DNA of 32,000 bases, from the NCBI RefSeq assembly GCF_000010625.1, contig NC_010296.1:2670001-2702000 (forward strand), read 5' to 3'. Position 1 is the stretch's first letter. Each line of letters starts with the position of its first letter. Made by a program: the position numbers and the translations under genes. Below are positions 25,095 through 32,000 of the stretch, piece after piece. Origin of the DNA: Microcystis aeruginosa NIES-843 (lineage in GTDB: Bacteria > Cyanobacteriota > Cyanobacteriia > Cyanobacteriales > Microcystaceae). A model generated the notes under the pieces. That model was not told the origin of the DNA, did not search any database, and worked only from the letters and a program-made list of their open reading frames with translations.

Positions 25095-26416
25095 CGGAAA
25101 TTTTGGGTCTGAAACCCCGCCGTTTTACGGCGGCTTTGCTGTTAAATACTAGCGCATTTACACGATATACGCTAAAATGTGAGACATGGAAAAAGCCTAT
25201 TCTTACCGATTTTACCCCACACCAACACAAGAGTCGCTATTGCGGCGCACATTGGGCTGTGTAAGATTAGTTTACAACAAAGCTCTCCACGAACGAACAC
25301 AAGCTTGGTATGAAAGACAAGAAAGAGTAGGCTACGCTCAAGCTTCTTCAATGCTAACCGAGTGGAAAAAACAAGAAGAATTAGACTTTCTCAACGAGGT
25401 AAGCTGTGTACCTTTACAACAAGGGTTAAGACATTTACAAACAGCTTTTACTAATTTCTTTGCTGGTCGGACTAAGTATCCTAACTTTAAGAAAAAACAT
25501 CAGGGAGGAAGTGCCGAATTTACCAAGTCTGCTTTTAAATTTAAAGACAAACAAATCTATTTAGCCAAATGCACAGAACCTTTACCTATTCGATGGTCAA
25601 GAAAAATACCAGAAAGCTGTGAACCAAGCACAGTAACAGTCAGATTACATCCCTCAGGACGTTGGCATATTTCAATTAGATTTGATGACCCAACGATTAA
25701 GCCATTACCAGTAACAGATAAAGCCATCGGAATTGACTTAGGAATTAGTAGCCTAGTAATTACCAGCAATGGCGATAAAGTATCTAATCCTAAGCACTTT
25801 AAAAAGCATTATCGGAGACTGCGAAAGGACCCAAAAAGTCTTTCTCGAAAACAGAAAGGCTCAAAAAATCGGGAAAAAGCGAGAATCAAAGTAGCCAAGA
25901 TTCACGCCCAAATTACTGATAACAGAAAAGACCATTTACACAAGCTAACCACTCAATTAGTCCGTGAAAACCAAACGATTGTGGTTGAGAACTTAGCCGT
26001 CAAGAATATGGTCAAAAACCCGAAATTATCTCAGGCAATATCTGACGTTAGTTGGGGAGAAATCACTCGACAATTAGCCTATAAATGCCGTTGGTATGGG
26101 AGAAACTACATCGAAATAGATAGATGGTTTCCTAGCTCTAAAAGGTGTAGTAATTGCGGGTATATTGCCCTTGAAAATGCCGTTAAATATTCGACAGTGG
26201 GACTGTCCAATCTGTGGAACACACCATGACCGAGATATTAACGCTAGTAAAAATATTTTGGCCGCAGGGCTTGCGGTGTCAGTCTGTAGAGCGACCATAA
26301 GACCAGAACAGAGTAAATCTGTTAAGGCAGGTGCGAAAAATCCTTCGGGAAAGAAGCAGAAACCCAAATCGTGAGGTTTGGGAATCACCGTCCGTTTACG
26401 GCGGTGAGGATGTCAA
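25095..26416 (+). mobile_element. IS200/IS605-family element, TnpB-only (copy 2)
   Basis: The LE CGGAAATTTTGGGTCTGAAACCCCGCCGTTTTACGGCGGCTTTGC lies directly after ATCAT. The RE is ...GGGAATCACCGTCCGTTTACGGCGGTGAGGATGTCAA. Confidence 0.8.
25186..26374 (+). pseudogene. tnpB: TnpB gene, copy 2, with the same +1 frame break as copy 1
   Basis: A 347-aa ORF plus a 69-aa ORF. The break is at the same CCC run (26168-26170). There are many substitutions relative to copy 1. Confidence 0.8.
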
Positions 26417-26553
26417 CAATCGTGACTCGGAAAAACTCACCCTCTGACTCAAACCGCTCAGTGCCAAAGTACCATCCAATCCGCAGACGGGTCGGAATGG
26501 TATAGCCACAGAATGTGCCTTCTTCCTCTATAATTCCACCGAAGTCCACATAA
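26417..26553 (-). pseudogene. Remnant of an unknown gene split by TnpB element copy 2
   Basis: The minus-strand frame VDFGGIIEEEGTFCGYTIPTRLRIGWYFGTERFESEGEFFRVTI runs into the RE. It would continue for a few codons on the other side of the element (25052-25094) to a stop. Its 5' part is missing. Confidence 0.3.
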
Positions 26554-26789
26554 TGGGACTTAGGCGTTTTCGGTCAGCAAAAAAGGCTCAAACCATTACG
26601 GGACAAACGGTTAACCTCGATTTATGATTTTCCTTGATATATCTGAACTTCCCCCATACATATATACCATAACAGCCGAAAACCCTTATCTATCAATGGA
26701 TACACCCATTAACTTTTATTAATATACCCATGTAATTTGTAATATTTCTTAATGGACAAGAATTCTCTCCATTTGCTAAAATAGTGGTC

Positions 26790-27068
26790 ATGTATATAGA
26801 AAAAGTTCCTAACCGTAATTCCCCCCCCGCTGTTCTTCTTCGAGAGTCCTACCGAGAAGGAGAACAAGTCAAAAAAAGAACCCTTGCCAATCTCTCAAAA
26901 TTACCCGATGATATTATTGACAATCTGAAACTGGCTCTTAAAGGAGCAACACTGTCAATGACTGAAGGCATTCCCAATCATTTTGAAGTGATTAGAAGTC
27001 TTCCTCATGGTCATGTGATGGCTATTTTAGAGACGATTAAAAAATTGGGTTTAGATAAAATAATCAAT
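26790..27068 (+). pseudogene. IS1634-like transposase, N-terminal ~93 codons only
   Basis: MYIEKVPNRNSPPAVLLRESYREGEQVKKRTLANLSKLP...SLPHGHVMAILETIKKLGLD matches the N-terminus of a transposase family I recall as IS1634-type. It ends at the IS5-like insertion. Confidence 0.55.
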
Positions 27069-28287
27069 AGAACTCTTGCAAATTAATTATATGTTGTAAT
27101 GATGGGTTAACTAATTTTCCCAAAAAAAATTAGTTAATCAGTACATTCGTCCTGAATGAAAACTTGAAGTTTAACTTTTAACTCAAAACTCTTTAGAGCT
27201 GCTTTAATTTGGTTATCAAAACCTCTTTATTTAAGCGGCACAAACTATCTCAATTTTTATAATTGAGAATAAATTCTCCTTGACTTGATTAATCTTTAGG
27301 CAACTTTTAAGAAGCTGCTATACCTATCCCTAACTCACAGTTATAAATAGCCGCCAACAAGTTAACTCTTAAACTATATCTTCGACGACGATTCCGATAT
27401 TTACAGGATAAGATTTTAAAGATTTTGAGTTTCCTATTTATAGGTTCAATGATAATTCTTTCTTTGGACAAAGCCTTGTTATACTCCTTTTCTAAGTCTG
27501 TTAATTTTCCATTTTTCGGTTTCTTTTTCGGTGTATAACTATTACTATGGTATGCAGCTATTCCCTGATAACCACTGTCTTCTATGCTGGTAGTTAAAGG
27601 ATGAAAACGAACTCGACTTTTTTTAAATAAACTAAAATCATGACCTCTGCCTTTCCCACAAAAGACACAGATAATTTCCTCGGTATTTTGATCAGCTACT
27701 AATTGGGATTTTAAAGTATGATAACCTCTTTTACCCCCCAAAAAATCTTTCTGTTTCTTTTTGGGGTGTTCAATGGGAGTTTCCGTTACATCCATTACCG
27801 TTACGACCGGTATCTCTGCTTGATTTAGTAGAGCTTTTTTTCCTTTTAAACGGAAGTTTCCCGATTGTAAAAGCATTTTTTCCGTCTTATTTACAATCCG
27901 ACATATAGTTGATTCTGATAGTTCCCAGCTTGTACCAATGTGAAAATATGTTCTATATTCTCGCCAATATTCTAACGTTACTAAAACTTGTTCTTCTATA
28001 GATAGTTTAGGTTTCGGTCCCCTTTTAGATGGTGAATTAGAGTCGGCTTCAACACTTTTTACTGATTCTACCATCTTTCTATAGGTTTGTTTATACACAC
28101 CGAAACGGCGTTTGAATTGTTCATCTGATCAGTTTTGATAATCCATAATTTTGCTAATAAACATAGCAAAATTATAGATGATTTCCTGACCTAAGATCAC
28201 ATTTTATTCTTTTTTCCACTTCAATCTAAGAATTGAGAAAAAAGCAAAACCTTATATTATACCATAAAAAAATTATGCAAGAGGTCT
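27069..28287 (-). mobile_element. IS5-family (ISL2-like) insertion sequence with AAT flanks
   Basis: TIRs are AGAACTCTTGCAAATT (27069-) and the reverse complement of the right end, AGACCTCTTGCATAAT. AAT occurs at 27066-27068 and 28288-28290. Confidence 0.7.
27307..28146 (-). pseudogene. IS5-family DDE (DDE_Tnp_4/Harbinger-like) transposase with early in-frame TGA
   Basis: The gene starts at ATG 28146 (MDYQN), has a TGA at 28129-28131, then continues SDEQFKRRFGVYKQTYRKMV... A GTG restart at 28098 would give 263 aa. Confidence 0.7.
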
Positions 28288-28290
28288 AAT

Positions 28291-29100
28291 AAGTTTATCC
28301 ACATCACGGATAAAACAGGGATAGGAAAATTAAAGCTAATCGGCACTTTTAACCGTCAACTCTTAGACAAAACCACAATCAAGAGAGTCAGGCTTATTAG
28401 ACGAGCAGATGGCTTTTATTGTCAATTTGTCTTAGACATTGAGAGAAAAGAACCACTTGACTCTACAGGAAAAGAAGTAGGGATTGATTTAGGCTTAAAC
28501 CATTTCTTGACTGACTCTAATGGGGATAAAATTGATAACCCACGGTTTCTTTGTAAGTCGGAAAAAAGACTAAAAAAGGCTCAACGTAAACTCTCAAAAA
28601 AGAAAAAGGGAAGCCAAAAAAGGTTAAAGCAGAAATCTAAAGTAGCTCGCCTTCATCTAAAAGTTTCTAGACAACGCCAAGATTTTGCCGTCAAGACAGC
28701 AAAAGCGTTAATCCAATCTAACGATTTGGTAGTCTATGAGGACTTGAAGGTATCTAATATGGTGAAAAATCCTAAGCTTGCTAAATCTATTTCAGATGCA
28801 AGTTGGTCAATGTTCACCGATTGGCTAGGCTACTTTGGAAAAATACACGGGAAGTTTGTGGTAGCGGTAAATCCACGATATACTAGCCAACAATGTTCTG
28901 ATTGTGGCAATATTGTCAAGAAAACATTATCTGTAAGAACTCATGTTTGTTCTTGTGGGTGTGTCTTGGACAGGGATGAAAACGCCGCTATAAACATTCT
29001 CAATAAAGCAAATACTGTCGGGCGGACAGAAATTCAAGCCCTCGGACAGACTACCCACTGTCTATTAGGTGAAAGCCTAATAAATAAGGTAACTGGATGA
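28291..29100 (+). pseudogene. tnpB: TnpB of a second subfamily, N-terminally truncated; RE hairpin to about 29137
   Basis: The frame is open from 28291. Motifs are GIDLGLNHF (RuvC-I), VVYEDLKVSNM (RuvC-II), CSDCGN...CSCGCVLDRDENAAINI (zinc finger plus RuvC-III). About 130 N-terminal residues and the LE are missing. The RE is GGGAATCCCTCGCTTTTAGCGATGGGAGCGTCAA. Confidence 0.75.
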
Positions 29101-29203
29101 ACAGGGAATCCCTCGCTTTTAGCGATGGGAGCGTCAAATGGATGTCGGCTGTACCTCAGTGTGCCATAATGAATGTAGGAAAAGTATTGCACACTACCAA
29201 ATC

Positions 29204-32000
29204 ATGCCAAATCCCAATTTCGATTCGGTGATTGACACGTTCACAATCGACGATCTGTTTTTTCTCCGTTATCAATATCGCGTCTACAAGGAGTGGAACA
29301 ACGATCCCCGTCTCGCCGTTCTGCCTGGCTTCAGTCCGGGTGTGACGGGTGCCAGGGCCACCAGCGGCATCCGCTTTGTCGATGGCACGGATCAATTGCG
29401 TTACCAGGTGGGTGGCGGCATCACCCCCATCTCGGCACCCTACCCCTTGTCCACCACAGATCCGAAATTCATGGCCGGGGCGACAGGCACACTGTTTCGC
29501 CGTCTCACCAGCCAGAGCTTCACGCAAGCCACGGGTGGTTTCACGATCAACTTCCAGACAGGAGCAGTCGTCTACGACCAAAACTATACGCTTGATTACA
29601 GCCTTCGCGGCTCTGCCAATCCCAGCAATCCCCACATCTTCGATGCCAGCCCCAGGCTGATCAGCAATCTGGTTTCCAATCAAAGCGGCAAGACAGCGCT
29701 GCAGGTGTTGGATGATCCCTACGCCAGGGAGTGGACCCAGGCTGGCACCCAGGCTGGCAAGCGGGTGAGCCAGAAAAACAACACCCGCCATGAAACCATT
29801 CTCACCGGTGGCAATGGGGTGAATGGCTCCAATACTGGGAATCCCCTGCCGAATTCAGGCTTTTTCGCCCTGTTTGGCCAATACAACGACCACGGCATGG
29901 ATTTTCTCGCCAAGGGTAAGGATGGCAGCCTGCTGATCCCCCTGCTCCCCGGAGACAGCCTTTACACCCCTGGCTCGCCCACCAACTTCATGGCTCTCTC
30001 CCGCACCAACACCGTGCAGGTGGAGATCGGCGAGGGCAGCCGCGATGCCCTGGTGGCGGAGCTAGGCCTAGCGGGCTACAGCCGCCCCAGCCAATGGGAT
30101 GTGGACAATGAGAACGCCGCCATCGGCACCAGCTTCACTGGCACCAGTGGGGGGACCTTGGTACTCAATGAGCAGCTGATCGTGATCAGTGCGGGTGCCA
30201 CCCTCAACGATATAGTGACCACCATCAACAGCAAGGCGGCCTTCACCGGCGTGGTTGCCTCCACCACCACCAACGGCAGCAGCCAGAGCGTGCTGAAGCT
30301 CACCCCACGCAATGGCGAGAGCTTCAACCAGACCTCCGCCTTTTTTGATCTCAACCAGGTCTATGGCTCGGTGGAGAGCCATGCCATTTTCATGCGGGAA
30401 TACAAGGGCAATGGTGAACTGACGGGCCGGCTGCTCGCAGATCCGCAAAACTCCACCGCCCGCTGGTTTGACCTGAAAAAGAATGCCGAGCGCATTGGCC
30501 TGACCTTGCGTGATCGCGATGTGCTGTCTGTACCCCTAGTGGAGATCATCCCCCAGGGCCAGCCCAATGCAGGCCGCTATGCCTTTGTGGTACTCGACAA
30601 GGTGTCGGGGCAGAAGAGCTACGTCTTTGATACGGCGGATGTCACGTCCAATCAGGTGCTGGCCAAGGCGGGTTCAGCGTTTCTGATCGATCTGGCCCGT
30701 GACTGGAAAGGATCTCCCCAGCCTGCTGGTAGCGATCCCTTCAAAGCCAACGGTGATCTGAAGGATCCCTCTCGGCTGAATGAACACGCTGTGGGCGGAG
30801 ATGGGCGCCTGAATGAAAATATTGGTCTCACGGCAATGCATGAGATCTTTGTCACCACCCACAACAATATCCTGTCTCAGATCGAGGCCAATCTGGCCCA
30901 AAATGCCGGAAACAATGGTAATAACCAGGCCCTTTCCGGACAAGAGCTGTTTGAAATGGCCAAGCTGGCCAATGAAAACTTCTACCAACACCATGTGTTG
31001 CAGGAGTACGCGCGGCGCATTACCCCCAACCTGGGTGCATTCGCAGGTGCCAATGCGGGCAACAACAACAACGCCGGCTTCAATGCCAGCATCTTGGCGG
31101 AATTCGCCTCCAGCGCCTTTCGCTTCGGCCATTCCCAGCTCACCGAAACCGTGGCCCTCACCTCGGTGAACCAGCAAACGGGCCTGGCTAACCCCGGCGG
31201 GCAGATGGACATCCCGCTGCTGCAGGCCTTTCTCGCCCCCCAGATCTACACGCGCCACACAGCAGGGCAGATCGCCGCAGGGATGAGCCAGCAGGTGGGC
31301 AACGCCACCGATGAATTCATCACCAACACCCTTCAAAACGCCCTGGTGGGCCTGCCCTTGGATCTGGGTGCCCTCAACATCGCCCGCGGCCTGGATACCG
31401 GCATCACCTCCCTCAATGAAGCCCGTCGCCAGATTCAAACCTACCTTCGTGACGTGCGTACCTCTCCAGGGGGCACCACCGGGTTGGTGCAGGCCAACAA
31501 TGCCATTGACGCCAACCTGGCATCCCTGGAGGCCAACCTGCGGCCCTATATCAGCTGGAAGGATTTTGGAGCCCATCTGCTTCATCCCGAATCTTTGAAG
31601 ACGTTCATCATGGCCTACGCCCGCGATGCCATCCTCAGTGGCTATTCGGGCAATGCCAATCTCTCCTATTGGAATCAACTGCAAGCCAGTTCGGCTCCAG
31701 GCGCGGCAGCCACCTACGCCGCGGCCCTCTCCGCTGCGGCGGATTTGGCCATGGGGGATGACGCCTTCATGGGCCTGCTCTACAGCGGCAGCAGCTCCGA
31801 TGCCCTCAATCCCTCAGCGCCGGTGAACACGCCCAGCGGCAACCAGGACTTCCAAAATATCTCCCTCTGGCTGGGGGGATTGGCAGAGGCCAAAACCCCC
31901 GGCGGTATGCTTGGCCCCACCCATGATTTCATCTATGCCTACCAGATGCAGCAACTGCAGCGGGGTGATGAAACCTACTACCTGAGCAAGCTGGCTGCCA
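29204..32000 (+). CDS. Heme peroxidase (peroxidase-cyclooxygenase / animal-heme-peroxidase superfamily), 3'-partial
   Basis: The frame with codon starts at 29138, 29141... has no stop from 29123 to the window end, over 950 codons. It is not in the ORF track. Motifs are FALFGQYNDHGMDF (distal His region), FRFGHSQL (proximal His) and LDLGALNIARGLDTGI. The start could be ATG 29204 (MPNPNFDSVIDTFTIDDLFFL...) or ATG 29138. All listed minus-strand ORFs here are antisense shadows. Confidence 0.85.
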   Translation, partial: MPNPNFDSVIDTFTIDDLFFLRYQYRVYKEWNNDPRLAVLPGFSPGVTGARATSGIRFVDGTDQLRYQVGGGITPISAPYPLSTTDPKFMAGATGTLFRRLTSQSFTQATGGFTINFQTGAVVYDQNYTLDYSLRGSANPSNPHIFDASPRLISNLVSNQSGKTALQVLDDPYAREWTQAGTQAGKRVSQKNNTRHETILTGGNGVNGSNTGNPLPNSGFFALFGQYNDHGMDFLAKGKDGSLLIPLLPGDSLYTPGSPTNFMALSRTNTVQVEIGEGSRDALVAELGLAGYSRPSQWDVDNENAAIGTSFTGTSGGTLVLNEQLIVISAGATLNDIVTTINSKAAFTGVVASTTTNGSSQSVLKLTPRNGESFNQTSAFFDLNQVYGSVESHAIFMREYKGNGELTGRLLADPQNSTARWFDLKKNAERIGLTLRDRDVLSVPLVEIIPQGQPNAGRYAFVVLDKVSGQKSYVFDTADVTSNQVLAKAGSAFLIDLARDWKGSPQPAGSDPFKANGDLKDPSRLNEHAVGGDGRLNENIGLTAMHEIFVTTHNNILSQIEANLAQNAGNNGNNQALSGQELFEMAKLANENFYQHHVLQEYARRITPNLGAFAGANAGNNNNAGFNASILAEFASSAFRFGHSQLTETVALTSVNQQTGLANPGGQMDIPLLQAFLAPQIYTRHTAGQIAAGMSQQVGNATDEFITNTLQNALVGLPLDLGALNIARGLDTGITSLNEARRQIQTYLRDVRTSPGGTTGLVQANNAIDANLASLEANLRPYISWKDFGAHLLHPESLKTFIMAYARDAILSGYSGNANLSYWNQLQASSAPGAAATYAAALSAAADLAMGDDAFMGLLYSGSSSDALNPSAPVNTPSGNQDFQNISLWLGGLAEAKTPGGMLGPTHDFIYAYQMQQLQRGDETYYLSKLAA

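Noticed and set aside
26556-26580. TGGGACTTAGGCGTTTT, which resembles the IS701 terminus TGGGACTTAAACGCC.
   Set aside because: It is a single end only, with no partner terminus or duplication identified. It may be the left end of the truncated IS1634-like element or a remnant, and I cannot decide from this window.
26790-29100. An apparent chimeric ORF. After removing the IS5-like element (27069-28287 plus one AAT), the IS1634-like N-terminal 93 codons run in frame into the truncated TnpB (…LGLDKIIN-KFIHITDKTGIG…).
   Set aside because: The two halves belong to unrelated transposon proteins. The TnpB part lacks its N-terminal ~130 residues and its LE. The junction coincides with the IS insertion point, so recombination between IS copies, or chance (a one in three frame match), is more likely than a functional fusion. 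The matching AAT flanks may just reflect target preference.
29156-31826. Many listed ORFs on the minus strand and in other plus frames (for example 30674-31684, 336 aa; 29156-29791, 211 aa).
   Set aside because: They overlap the long uninterrupted peroxidase frame, which has clear catalytic motifs. They are Gly/Ala/Pro/Arg-rich and motif-free, as expected for shadow ORFs in GC-rich coding DNA.

Overview
The window looks like a cyanobacterial accessory region. HIP1 octamers (GCGATCGC) occur at 594, 13863, 17168, 20010 and 24296, and there are PEP-CTERM sorting signals. It is saturated with mobile DNA: I can delimit at least 12 elements or remnants. They include IS1634-like, IS630, IS30 remnant, ISKra4-like, IS701, ISAs1 remnant and IS5/ISL2-like elements. 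There are also three TnpB-type IS200/IS605 elements, one IsrB-type IS200/IS605 element, one cargo-less IS200/605 derivative and three MITEs. Several are nested, and many have ends and target duplications readable in the sequence. No TnpA (Y1 transposase) gene is present. Host genes, mostly on the minus strand:
- a glycine-zipper stress-like membrane protein
- a HigB/HigA module plus a second, orphan HigA copy
- a Phd/RelE-like module
- two IS-disrupted PEP-CTERM proteins
- a P-II-like protein
- a small-membrane-protein / GT2 / CrtO-like acyltransferase / transglutaminase-like operon
- an MgtC-family protein
- a GC-rich heme peroxidase gene that runs off the 3' end and is missing from the ORF track

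The best candidate for an undescribed system is a tightly coupled three-gene cassette at 12883-17568 (minus strand): a B12-type radical SAM enzyme, an HTH-NACHT STAND NTPase and a membrane di-iron hydroxylase. Same-orientation IS200/605 ends bracket it.

Other notable observations:
- a decayed IsrB (HNH-less IscB) element with an upstream omega-RNA-like region, sharing its ends with the TnpB elements but carrying its cargo inverted
- an identical +1 frameshift in two diverged tnpB copies
- a 110-190 bp leader-like repeat present four times upstream of minus-strand genes and linked to higA

All family assignments come from motifs recognised by eye. No searches were run.
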